A program made the position numbers and the translations under genes. A stretch of 64,000 nt of DNA, from contig CAXRGI010000293.1 in NCBI GenBank assembly GCA_964229935.1, forward strand, positions 11,385 to 75,384. Reading direction: 5' to 3'. The notes beneath the pieces are model-generated. The model searched no databases and had not been told where the DNA came from. It was given only the letters and a program-made list of their open reading frames with translations. The DNA comes from Opitutales bacterium. Lineage in GTDB: Bacteria; Verrucomicrobiota; Verrucomicrobiia; Opitutales; Opitutaceae. Shown piece by piece: positions 19,675-31,788 of this stretch. Each line of letters opens with the position of its first letter. Positions within the stretch are counted from its first letter, which is position 1.

Positions 19675-22600
19675 TCAGGCGAGGTGCACCCGCGCGAAAC
19701 CCTCGATCGCCTCGTAATTCGCGAGCCCCAAGCCGTCGTAAGTGTCCGCGAGCGCGCGGTTCTGCTGCTCGGCCTGCTGCCACGGTTCGCGCAGACCGGA
19801 GGCCACCGGCGTCTGGCTGCGCTGGCTCTTGTGGTGGAAGACAGACTGCATCTTCTGCGCGAGTTCGCGCGGGCTGAGCGGAACGGCCATGTCGACGTCG
19901 GCCGCCTCCCACGGCTGATCCACCCCGCGGTACGACCAAGCCCGGCAGTCCTTGAACCAAGCCTCGCCAGCAACCTCACGGCACGCGCGGCGCACCAGCT
20001 CATGACACACCGCCGTGATGGACGTCGGATCGTCACGTTCGCCAGTGAGGAAGATCTGATGCGGCATGGCCTCGCGCAGAAGCTTAACGATCGCATCGAG
20101 ATCCGCCTGCCCCGGCGCGAATTGACGGTAACGGCCGCGCTCGTAGAAAGGGAGATCGAGGAAACTCGCCTGCCCGGGTGCCAGATCGCAGTCGCGCAAC
20201 GAGGCGCGAGCCTCCCCGCGCCGGAGCAGCGCCTTGAGGCGACGGATGCCGGCCGAATCGGCCGCGAAGGCCTTCTTGCCGGCGAGCTCCCGCCGGACGC
20301 CTTCGGTGAAATCGGCCACCGGATCCTTGGTTTGACCCAAGGTGCCGGCGATCTCGCCGACGAGCTCCGCCGCCATCGCGGCCTCCTCATCGGGCACCGC
20401 GAGATTTCCGGAGGTGAGGTAGGCGACGGTGACAATGTGCCCCTGGGCCTTGAGCCGGCGAATCGTGCCGCCCATGCCCAGCACGTCGTGCGAAGGTTCC
20501 GGGCTGAAGACGATGACGCGCTTCGGAAACGGGAAGGCGCGCTCAGGCCGCGATGAGTCGTCGGCATTGGGCTTACCGCCGGGCCAGCCGGTGATCGTGT
20601 GCTGGATCTCGTTAAAGACCCTGATGTTCAGCTGATAGGAAGGACCGTGCTCCGTCAGGAGATCAGCCATGCCGTGCTCACCGTAATCCTCGTCGAGCAA
20701 CTTCAGCACCGGCTTCTTCGCCTGGCGGGACAGCCAGATCACCGCGCGGCGGATCATGGCAGGCGTCCAACGAATCGGGCTGACCAGCCACGGATAACGG
20801 ACGCGCGTGAGTGACGAAGCCGCGGCGCGGTCGATCAGGAAGCGTACCTGCGGGTGACCCTGCAGAAAGCTGGCCGGCAGGGAATCCTGCGGCGCGCCCT
20901 CGACCGCCTCGGCCAGCACCCCGGCTTTGCCCTCGCCCCAGGCGAGGAGCGCGATCCGGCGGGCGTCGAGGATCGTGCCCACTCCCATCGTGATCGCGTG
21001 GCGCGGCACGTTAGCCTCACCGAGAAAATCGCGGGCGGCGTCTCGCCGCGTGAGGCCGTCGAGCGTGACGAGCCGCGTGCGCGACTCGCGCGAGGAGCCG
21101 GGCTCGTTGAAGCCGATGTGGCCGGTACGCCCGATGCCAAGAATCTGAAGGTCAATGCCACCGGCGGCGCGGATCTTTTCCTCGTAGTTCCGGCACCAGC
21201 CGTAGACCTCCGCGCGCGGCACCGTACCGTCCGGCACGTTCACATTCTCCGCCGGGATGTCGATGTGGTTGAAGAGCTGCTCGTGCATGAAGCGCCAGTA
21301 GCTCTCCGGGTGCTCGCGCGTGAGGCCGTGGTACTCGTCGAGATTGAATGTGATGACCCGGCGGAAACTGAGCCCCTTTTCGCGATGCAGCCGGATCAGC
21401 TGGCGGTAGAGCCGGACCGGCGTGGAACCCGTGGCGAGTCCAAGCACCGTCGACCGACCGGCGGCGTCGTTTTTCCGCACCAGCTCGGCAATCTCGTCCG
21501 CGAGACGCGCACACGCTTCGTCGGCGTCCGCGAAAACCTCGGTGGCGATACGCTCCCGCTGTTGGGCTTCCGGCGTCGAGAGAATCGGGGCTCCCGCTCC
21601 GGCGGTTGAAGGAACCGGCTTGGCGGCGTGGCGGCGCACGATCTCTTCCATGCGCTCACGCTGGGCCTCCATGCTGCGCAGCAAAGCGAACTGGCTGCGG
21701 GCACGCTCAAGGTTGTGCGCGGGACGCTTCACCTTGAAGTAGACATCTCCCTGCAGGAAATCGGTCAGGAACCGGATCCCGATCTCGAGCGCGATGAGCC
21801 GCCCCGAGAAGGCGAGGTGGGCGATCTCGGCCTCATTCAGGAAGGAGCGGCTGGCGGCGAGATAGCCCTCGGTCAGGGCGTCGAACAGATCGAGGCGGGC
21901 GTTCACGCGCGATGGGTCGGGCTCGTCCTCGGCGGCCGAGTTGATGGCGGAACGCACCATGTCACCGAAATCGTACAGCGCCGAGCCGGGCATCACGGTG
22001 TCGAGGTCGATCACGCAGATGCCGGCGCCCGTGCGGTCGTCGATCATCACGTTGTTCAGCTTGGTGTCGTTGTGAGTGACCCGCTCTGGAATCTCCCCGC
22101 GCGCGAGCAGATTGAGCACCACGTCGACCATCGGCTCGCGTTCCATCGCGAACGCGATCTCGGCGCGCGCCTCCTTCACCCGCCCCACGCGGTCTTCCTT
22201 CACGGCCTGGCGCAACGCTTCGAAGCGGCGCCGGGTGTCATGGAAATGGGGAATGGTCTCCTGGAGCCGCCCGCCGGGCAGGTCGCTGAGCAGACGCTGG
22301 AACTCCCCGAACGCCCGCGCGCCCTCGCGGGCCATGGAGGGATCGGTGATGACGTCGTAGGACTGCGCGCCCTCGACGAAGATGTAGCAGCGCCATGCGC
22401 CCGACGCGTCGCGGTGCAGGTTGCCGCCCGCGCGCGTAGGGATGAGCGTAAGGGCGCGGCGGATGGCGTCGGGCGCCCCGGAGGCGATGGCGCGCCGGCC
22501 GGCGTGCGCGGTGACCCGCGCGATGTTTTCCATCACGACCTCGACGTTACGGAAGACGTTCTCGTTGATGCGCTGCAGGATGTAACGCGTCGTCACCCCG

Positions 22601-22746
22601 CCCTGCTCGAACGAGACCACATAGGTGTCGTTGATGTGACCGTTGCCGTGCGGCGCTCCCCCGCAGTAGGTGCCGCCCAGCCGGAACGCCGAGGCGACGG
22701 CGCGGAGCGCGGTCGAGTCGAGGGTCTTGAGAGCCATTCCGGCCAT
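19675..22746 (-). CDS. nagB: fusion: APH-like (N-acetylhexosamine kinase-like) phosphotransferase + glucosamine-6-phosphate deaminase + degenerate PIG-L-like domain
   Basis: GNGHINDT, HNDTKLNN, IDLDTVMPG (kinase); LGLATGSTP, FNLDEY, LGIGRTGHIGFNEPGS, ITMGVGTI (NagB); HTITGWPGGKP...FSPEPSHD...HKSQ (long-NagB C-terminal domain). Confidence 0.85.
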   Translation of the reverse strand: MAGMALKTLDSTALRAVASAFRLGGTYCGGAPHGNGHINDTYVVSFEQGGVTTRYILQRINENVFRNVEVVMENIARVTAHAGRRAIASGAPDAIRRALTLIPTRAGGNLHRDASGAWRCYIFVEGAQSYDVITDPSMAREGARAFGEFQRLLSDLPGGRLQETIPHFHDTRRRFEALRQAVKEDRVGRVKEARAEIAFAMEREPMVDVVLNLLARGEIPERVTHNDTKLNNVMIDDRTGAGICVIDLDTVMPGSALYDFGDMVRSAINSAAEDEPDPSRVNARLDLFDALTEGYLAASRSFLNEAEIAHLAFSGRLIALEIGIRFLTDFLQGDVYFKVKRPAHNLERARSQFALLRSMEAQRERMEEIVRRHAAKPVPSTAGAGAPILSTPEAQQRERIATEVFADADEACARLADEIAELVRKNDAAGRSTVLGLATGSTPVRLYRQLIRLHREKGLSFRRVITFNLDEYHGLTREHPESYWRFMHEQLFNHIDIPAENVNVPDGTVPRAEVYGWCRNYEEKIRAAGGIDLQILGIGRTGHIGFNEPGSSRESRTRLVTLDGLTRRDAARDFLGEANVPRHAITMGVGTILDARRIALLAWGEGKAGVLAEAVEGAPQDSLPASFLQGHPQVRFLIDRAAASSLTRVRYPWLVSPIRWTPAMIRRAVIWLSRQAKKPVLKLLDEDYGEHGMADLLTEHGPSYQLNIRVFNEIQHTITGWPGGKPNADDSSRPERAFPFPKRVIVFSPEPSHDVLGMGGTIRRLKAQGHIVTVAYLTSGNLAVPDEEAAMAAELVGEIAGTLGQTKDPVADFTEGVRRELAGKKAFAADSAGIRRLKALLRRGEARASLRDCDLAPGQASFLDLPFYERGRYRQFAPGQADLDAIVKLLREAMPHQIFLTGERDDPTSITAVCHELVRRACREVAGEAWFKDCRAWSYRGVDQPWEAADVDMAVPLSPRELAQKMQSVFHHKSQRSQTPVASGLREPWQQAEQQNRALADTYDGLGLANYEAIEGFARVHLA

Positions 22747-22806
22747 GCAACAGCCGCACGTTTACGGCGCAACTGTCATTTGGCGGCGGCCGCCACCCGA
22801 GCTAAC

Positions 22807-23643
22807 TCAGGCCGCAGCGCGGGCGATCCGCTTGCGTTTCTCGACCCGCGAAGAGACCAGGATCGAGATCTCGAACAACGCGTAAAGCGGCGCCGCGAAG
22901 ATCGTCTGGGTAACCGGGTCGGGGGTCGGCGTCACGATCGCGGCGATGACAAAGATGAGGACGATCGCGTGCCGCCGGTACTTGCGGAGGAACTCCGTGG
23001 TGAGCACCCCGAGCCAGACCAGTAATACGATCACCAGGGGCAACTCAAAAACGGCGCCGGTGCCTAGAACGAGCCAGGTGAGCGTCGTGAAGTAGTTGCC
23101 CGCGGTCCAGCGGGTCTCGAGGCCCATCGCCTGGTTGAGCTCGATGGCGATCCGCACCGTGCTCGGCATGAGCAGGAAAAAGCTGAAGGCGGAGCCGAGC
23201 AGGAAGAGCACCAGCGCCGAAAAGCACAACGGCTTGATCGCCTTCGTCTCCCGCTCGGTCAGCGCCGGCGAGACGAATTGCCCGATGAAGAAGAGGATGA
23301 ACGGGGAGGCCAGCAGCAGCCCCCCGAAGACGCACAGCTGGATGATCATCGTGAACACCTCCATCAGCGAGATGGTGCCCAGCTTGGTGTCGAAATCCGG
23401 GTAATCCTTCGCGACGTGGTCCAGCGGCCAGCGGAGGGCCTCCATCGACTCGGTGACGAAGAAGCCGACGATCACCGCGCAGATCGCGAACGCGATCACG
23501 CTCTTGAGCAGCACCCCGCGTAATTCCTCAATGTGCTGCCAGAAACCCATCGGCTTCTCCCGCGGCGAGACCTGCACCTCGGCGGGAGTATACGGGTCGT
23601 CGGATTGGTTCTCGGGCTGGCTCACGTCGAAAAGGGCGCGCAT
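22807..23643 (-). CDS. tatC: twin-arginine translocase subunit TatC
   Basis: MGFWQHIEELR, FVSPALTERE, FELP, AIVTPTPD, LFEISI. Confidence 0.93.
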   Translation of the reverse strand: MRALFDVSQPENQSDDPYTPAEVQVSPREKPMGFWQHIEELRGVLLKSVIAFAICAVIVGFFVTESMEALRWPLDHVAKDYPDFDTKLGTISLMEVFTMIIQLCVFGGLLLASPFILFFIGQFVSPALTERETKAIKPLCFSALVLFLLGSAFSFFLLMPSTVRIAIELNQAMGLETRWTAGNYFTTLTWLVLGTGAVFELPLVIVLLVWLGVLTTEFLRKYRRHAIVLIFVIAAIVTPTPDPVTQTIFAAPLYALFEISILVSSRVEKRKRIARAAA

Positions 23644-23824
23644 CGTGCGGGCTTTTTTCCAAAACGGAAGCGCGATGTGCGTCGCGGGCCGGTTTGCCTG
23701 CGGATTCGGAAAACACCCCGCCGCCGCCCGCCTGCATCGTTGACACCCCCGTGTCGCGACCTATTGCCTCCACCTTTCCTGCCCGGACGCTAACCCACAA
23801 CTTTTCAACCACATCCTGAACACC

Positions 23825-26605
<2,781 letters not shown>

Positions 26606-26631
26606 GCGGTCCGTTCAGGCTCATCTCCCTC

Positions 26632-26662
26632 AGCCCCGCGCCCGACCGGCGCGGGGCTTTTT
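26632..26662 (+). terminator. intrinsic terminator after ppdK
   Basis: AGCCCCGCGCC-CGACC-GGCGCGGGGCT followed by TTTT. Confidence 0.85.
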
Positions 26663-26843
26663 CTTGGTCCTTGGAAGGGAGGCCGCGAGGGTTCGTACGG
26701 ATTCGCATCGCCCGACCGTCATCCGCGGCAACTGCTGCCCCCGCGGGGGCGAAAGGAGGTCCAGGGAATCACGGTTTGCACGTCTCGTTCCAGCGACGGT
26801 TTTCCCGCTGGTCGCCCGTTCCCGGCGGCGTCAATTCTCCCGT

Positions 26844-28340
26844 GTGCCCCTCCGCCCCTTCATACTTCTCCCGTGCCTCGTGTTCGCCCTCGCGGTGGTT
26901 GCCGCCGCGCAGAGCGCGGCTCCCGCCCGGCCGAATATCCTCTTCGTCCTCTCCGACGACCACAGCTACCCCTTCCTCTCCTGCTACGGCGACACGAACG
27001 TCCGGACGCCCAATATCGACCGGCTCGCCGCCGGCGGCATGCGGTTCCACCGGTTCTTCACCGTCGCCCCGCAATGCGTGCCCTCGCGCGCCGGCTACCT
27101 CACCGGCCGCTCCGCGGTCGCCGCGCGCATGACGCGTTTCTCCGCGGCGCTACCGCGTGACGAGGTGACGTTCCTCGAGCTGTTACGCCAGCAGGGCGGC
27201 TACCACACCGGCATCGCGGGCCGCTCGTTTCATCTCGACGGCTCCGCCCGGAGCGGATCGGCCCGGGGCGGACCCGACATCCGGACCATCATGGACCGCC
27301 ACGGGTTGCGGACGTTCGCGGACCGCGTCGACTACCTGCGGACCGGCTCCGACGAACAGGCCGTCGAGCAGACGGAGGAATTCCTCAAAAGCGTTCCCGC
27401 CGGCAAGCCGTTCGCCCTTTGGCTCAACTTCAGTGATCCGCATCACGTGTGGAACGCGCCGGCCGAGTTCCGGCCATCACCCGCCTCGTTGAAGCTGCCG
27501 CCGCACTGGCCCGACCTGCCGGGCATGCGCGAGCAACTCGCCGATTACTGCGCCGAGGTGAACCGCCTCGATGCGACAATGGGCCGCGTGCTGGCGCTCC
27601 TCGAACGCCTCGGCCGCGCCGCCGACACCCTGGTGGTCTTCGCTGGCGACAACGGTGCGGCCCTGCCGCACGGCAAAGGCTCCCTCTACGATCCCGGTTG
27701 CAACGTGCCGCTCGTCATCCGCTGGCCGGGCGTGGTGCGACCCGACGGCGAATCCCGCACGCTGCTCAGCGGCGAGGACATCGGGCCGACGCTGCTGGCC
27801 GCGGCCGGCCTCGCGCCGGGCCCGCGCATGAGCGGCGTCAGTTTCCTCCCGCTGCTCCGCGGCGAGGCTTTCACGCCGCGCCGCCACGTGTTCACGGAAC
27901 GCGGCCCCCACGGTTCCGCGCCGGTGACGGTGAACATGCGCAGCAGCGGCTATGACCTCTCCCGCGCCGTGCGCTCCGACCGCTACAAACTCATCTATAA
28001 TTGCACGCCCTGGATCCCCTATTCCCCGGTCGACTCGGCCGGCGGCGCCGCCTGGCGCGAGATCACCGCCGCCCACGCCGCTGGAAAACTCTTCTCCGGC
28101 CTCGCTTCCACGTACTTCTCGCAACCGCGCCCGGTCTATGAGCTCTACGACCTCGAGTCCGATCCCTCCGAGCTGAAGAACCTCAGCGGCACTCCGGCGC
28201 TGCGGGAAGTGGAGCAAGGCCTGCGCGTCGCCTTGGCGGAAAAAATGATCCTCGATTGGGATTACCTTCCGCTGCCCGACGTCGACTCGCTCGCCGCGGA
28301 TGGATCCTCCTCTCCGAAAAAGACCAAGAAGAAACAATAA
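26844..28340 (+). CDS. secreted Cys-type sulfatase (sulfamidase-like)
   Basis: Signal peptide; PNILFVLSDDH; CVPSRAGYLTG; GDNG; GKGSLY. Confidence 0.9.
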   Translation: MPLRPFILLPCLVFALAVVAAAQSAAPARPNILFVLSDDHSYPFLSCYGDTNVRTPNIDRLAAGGMRFHRFFTVAPQCVPSRAGYLTGRSAVAARMTRFSAALPRDEVTFLELLRQQGGYHTGIAGRSFHLDGSARSGSARGGPDIRTIMDRHGLRTFADRVDYLRTGSDEQAVEQTEEFLKSVPAGKPFALWLNFSDPHHVWNAPAEFRPSPASLKLPPHWPDLPGMREQLADYCAEVNRLDATMGRVLALLERLGRAADTLVVFAGDNGAALPHGKGSLYDPGCNVPLVIRWPGVVRPDGESRTLLSGEDIGPTLLAAAGLAPGPRMSGVSFLPLLRGEAFTPRRHVFTERGPHGSAPVTVNMRSSGYDLSRAVRSDRYKLIYNCTPWIPYSPVDSAGGAAWREITAAHAAGKLFSGLASTYFSQPRPVYELYDLESDPSELKNLSGTPALREVEQGLRVALAEKMILDWDYLPLPDVDSLAADGSSSPKKTKKKQ

Positions 28341-28344
28341 CCCC

Positions 28345-29817
28345 ATGCACCTCCGACATCTCCTGCCGCTGCTCCTCGTGTTCGCCGCGACCGCGTCCGC
28401 GCCCGCCGCCGAGCGACCCAATTTCATCGTCATTAACATCGATGACCTCGGCTACCGCGAGCTCGGCTCCTGGGGTTCCAACAACCGCACGCCGCACCTT
28501 GACCGCATGGCGGCGGAGGGCCGCAAGCTCCTCAGCCACTATGCTGCGCCGGTCTGCTCGCCGTCGCGCGCGTCGCTGCTCACCGGCTCCTACCCGAAGC
28601 GCGCGTTGCCGATCCCGCATGTGCTGTTCCCAGGTGCGGCCATCGGCCTGCACCCCGACGAGCTCACCATCGCGGAGGTCCTGAAGGGCGCCGGCTACGC
28701 GACCGGTTGCATCGGCAAATGGCACCTCGGCGACCAGAAGCCGTTCCTCCCCCTGCAGCAGGGCTTCGAGATGTACTACGGCATCCCCTACTCCAACGAC
28801 ATGGGCCCCGCCGCGGAGGGCGTGAAGAGCAACTTCGGCGCCCCGCTGCCCAACCCCAAGGGCGCTCCGAAAAAGGGCGCCCCCACCGCCGAGGACGACG
28901 GCACCGGCATCCGCGCCAACCAGCCTCCGCTCCCGATCATGGAGGGCAACACCGTCGTCGGACGCGTCCGCGCCGCCGACCAGACCGAGTACACCCGCGT
29001 CTACACCGAGCGCGCCGTCTCGTTCATCCGGGAGCGCCGCGACCGCCCGTTCTTCCTCTACCTCGCGCACAACGCCGTCCACTTCCCGCTGTACCCGCAC
29101 GCCGAATTCCGCGGCAAGTCCCCCAACGGTCTCCTCGGTGACTGGATCCAGGAGGTAGACTGGAGCGTGGGACAAATCCTTGAATCCCTCCGGAGCCTCG
29201 GCCTCGACCGCCGCACCTTGGTGCTGTTCGTCTCCGATAATGGCGGACCGGTGAACCAGGGCGCGACCAACACGCCCCTCCGGGGCAGCAAGGGCTCCAC
29301 GCTTGAGGGCGGGATGCGCGTCCCCGGCCTCGCTTGGTGGCCCGGGACGATCCCCGCCGGAACCTCCACACCGGCCATCACCGCCATGTGCGATATTCTC
29401 CCCACCCTCGCCTCGCTAGCCGGCGCGCCGCTGCCCGCGGGCCGCCGTCTCGATGGCGTCGATCAATCCCCGATCCTGAAGGGCGACCCCCAGACGCACC
29501 CGCGAGAGACATTCCTTTACCACCGCGGATTCCTCCTCGAGGCGGTGCGATCCGGCTCCTGGAAACTCCATCTGGCCAAAGGGGAACTCTACCACCTCGA
29601 GAACGACATCGGGGAGGCTCGCAACGTCGCCGCCGATCATCCCGACGTCGTCCGCCGCCTCAACGCGATCGCGGCGGCCTCGGACGGCGACCTCGGCCGC
29701 GACGGCGTCGGTCCCGGCTGCCGCCCGCTCGGGCGCGTCGCGCACGCCACCCCGTTGATCGCCGCCGACGGCACCGTGCGCGCCGACGCCGTCGGCCCCC
29801 AGCCGAAATTTCCCTGA
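28345..29817 (+). CDS. secreted Cys-type arylsulfatase
   Basis: Signal peptide; PNFIVINIDDLG; CSPSRASLLTG; GKWHLG; SDNG. Confidence 0.92.
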   Translation: MHLRHLLPLLLVFAATASAPAAERPNFIVINIDDLGYRELGSWGSNNRTPHLDRMAAEGRKLLSHYAAPVCSPSRASLLTGSYPKRALPIPHVLFPGAAIGLHPDELTIAEVLKGAGYATGCIGKWHLGDQKPFLPLQQGFEMYYGIPYSNDMGPAAEGVKSNFGAPLPNPKGAPKKGAPTAEDDGTGIRANQPPLPIMEGNTVVGRVRAADQTEYTRVYTERAVSFIRERRDRPFFLYLAHNAVHFPLYPHAEFRGKSPNGLLGDWIQEVDWSVGQILESLRSLGLDRRTLVLFVSDNGGPVNQGATNTPLRGSKGSTLEGGMRVPGLAWWPGTIPAGTSTPAITAMCDILPTLASLAGAPLPAGRRLDGVDQSPILKGDPQTHPRETFLYHRGFLLEAVRSGSWKLHLAKGELYHLENDIGEARNVAADHPDVVRRLNAIAAASDGDLGRDGVGPGCRPLGRVAHATPLIAADGTVRADAVGPQPKFP

Positions 29818-29847
29818 ACCCGTCGCCCCCTACCCCGCCCGACGCCC

Positions 29848-29880
29848 CCGGGTTCGTAGCGCAATACGTGACGAACCCGG
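29848..29880. repeat. palindromic REP-like hairpin between convergent genes
   Basis: CCGGGTTCGT-AGCGCAATACGTG-ACGAACCCGG (10-bp arms, no U tract). Confidence 0.55.
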
Positions 29881-29887
29881 CGAGGCT

Positions 29888-31759
29888 TCAGAGCGGGATG
29901 TAGGTGACGGAGTTGGTGAGGAGCATCGTGATGAAGACGAGGACCATCACAAGGGGACCGAGGTAGATCCGGCCGGTGAGGGCGAAGAAGGCCCGGTGGA
30001 AGAACGGCAGGAAGAACATCATCGGCACCACGCCGAAGAGCAGGTTCACGTAGAGCCAGCCGTCGGTCCAGAAGACGGTACCGGTGCGCGCGAACGTCGC
30101 GTACTGGATGACGATGATCAGCAGCAGGCCGAGGGAGTTGGCGAGGCCCGCCCATAACCGCCCGCGCCATTCGGGCTGCCCCGCGAAACGCAGCCCGGCG
30201 TTGGCGCGCAGCGAATTCGAGAGGAAGAACACCAGGAAACACGGAAAATACATCGCGAGCTGCGGGAAGACCACCGGTTCCAGCGGCCGTGCGCCGAGGA
30301 AGGTGAAGCGGTAATCCACGTGCCACACCGCGTGAACCACCCCGAGGAGGCCGAAGAAACCCAGGTACACGGCCAGCGCCAGCAGGGCGGTGCGCGCGAG
30401 GTCGCCGGCGCTGATGGCCGCCCCCCAATTCGCCGGGGAAGCGCCCCGAGGGCGGCCGAAGAAACGATACACCCCGAGAAAAAGCCCGACGCCGACCAGA
30501 CCGTTGATGAACGCCCACATCATCACGGCGTTGTTCATGCGCTGCGGGAAAAACCACGTGGGCTCACGATTGGATGCCGCCTTGAACACCTGCTGCGACA
30601 GCTCACAGAGCGGGATGTAGGTCGCGCAGGCAATCGCGGCGCCGGTCACGAACACACCCCAATGCACCCAGCGGCCCGCGCCGACCGGCAACGGAGAAGC
30701 CGGAGGCACCGGCCGAACGATCCGGGCGAACCACGGGATCTCCAGAAGCAGCCGCGCGAACGGCACCAACGCGAGCAGCGCCGCGACCAGCCCCACCAGG
30801 CCGCACAGGTCTTTCCAAAACCAGATCTGGTCCGCCGGTGGCGGCACGTTTTGGAGGCCGAAAACCCGGATGAAAAATTCAATCTGATTCGCGGTCGATT
30901 CACGGTCGTAGGGCTGCAGCGGATGGATCACGCGCTCGTTGAACACGACGCGGAGGTTCCGCGCGGCGACGTCGCCGTAATAGCGGCCGGGCTCGATCTC
31001 GCTCAGCCGCGGCTCGTCCTTCGCGCGCCCCGAGTTCACCAGCCGAAGCGCCTCCGGCGCCCGCCGCATGTCCCCGTGGCCCAGCTCATTCCGGTAGGCG
31101 CCCTCGTCATAAAGGGCATAGCTGATGCCGACGTTGGAGCGCACGTCGCGCAGGACGTTGTCGGTGAGCGTAAGGACGTAACCCGAGACGAACACGGAGT
31201 GCAGCACGCTCGGACGACCGCCCGCCTTCGCCTGCTTGCCGAAGAAGTTCGCCCCGCGGATCGCGGCGTTGCCGCCCGCCGAGTGGCCCGTCGCCGCGAT
31301 GCGCGTCTTGTCGACGTAGTTCAGCGCCGATGTCGAAGCGGCGTATTCCACCATCGCGAACATCCCGTACCCCTCGGTGGTCGCGGCCTGCGTGCTGAGG
31401 GAAGCGCTCGAGGCGCCCTGCGCGTAGGGATCAATCGCGATGGCCACCACCCCGCGCCGCGCCAGCTCGATGGCGATATTGGCCAGTGTTTCCTTGGTCC
31501 GCTGGAAACCCGGCACCACGACGACGAGCGGGGCCGGCGCGTCCTTGGTGGCGCTCCGCGGACGATAGAGGTCGGCCGCGACCCACTGGCCATTCTGGGT
31601 CGGGAGAGTGAACCCGGTGACCTCGACGCGCCCGTGGGAGGTCTGGACCAGGGAGCCCAACCAGCTAGCGACGACGATGACCGCTAGCAGGAGCAGCAAC
31701 CAGCGAGCCGCGCGGGCGGCGGAACCCGCAGGTTTCGCCAGGGTGGTTTCCGTGCTCAA
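29888..31759 (-). CDS. membrane-anchored alpha/beta hydrolase with C-terminal multi-TM domain
   Basis: N-terminal TM, VVVPGF, ELARRG, GHSAGG nucleophile elbow; about 8 C-terminal hydrophobic segments. Confidence 0.8.
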   Translation of the reverse strand: MSTETTLAKPAGSAARAARWLLLLLAVIVVASWLGSLVQTSHGRVEVTGFTLPTQNGQWVAADLYRPRSATKDAPAPLVVVVPGFQRTKETLANIAIELARRGVVAIAIDPYAQGASSASLSTQAATTEGYGMFAMVEYAASTSALNYVDKTRIAATGHSAGGNAAIRGANFFGKQAKAGGRPSVLHSVFVSGYVLTLTDNVLRDVRSNVGISYALYDEGAYRNELGHGDMRRAPEALRLVNSGRAKDEPRLSEIEPGRYYGDVAARNLRVVFNERVIHPLQPYDRESTANQIEFFIRVFGLQNVPPPADQIWFWKDLCGLVGLVAALLALVPFARLLLEIPWFARIVRPVPPASPLPVGAGRWVHWGVFVTGAAIACATYIPLCELSQQVFKAASNREPTWFFPQRMNNAVMMWAFINGLVGVGLFLGVYRFFGRPRGASPANWGAAISAGDLARTALLALAVYLGFFGLLGVVHAVWHVDYRFTFLGARPLEPVVFPQLAMYFPCFLVFFLSNSLRANAGLRFAGQPEWRGRLWAGLANSLGLLLIIVIQYATFARTGTVFWTDGWLYVNLLFGVVPMMFFLPFFHRAFFALTGRIYLGPLVMVLVFITMLLTNSVTYIPL

Positions 31760-31788
31760 GGGATGAAGCCGGGCGGACGGCGCCGAAA

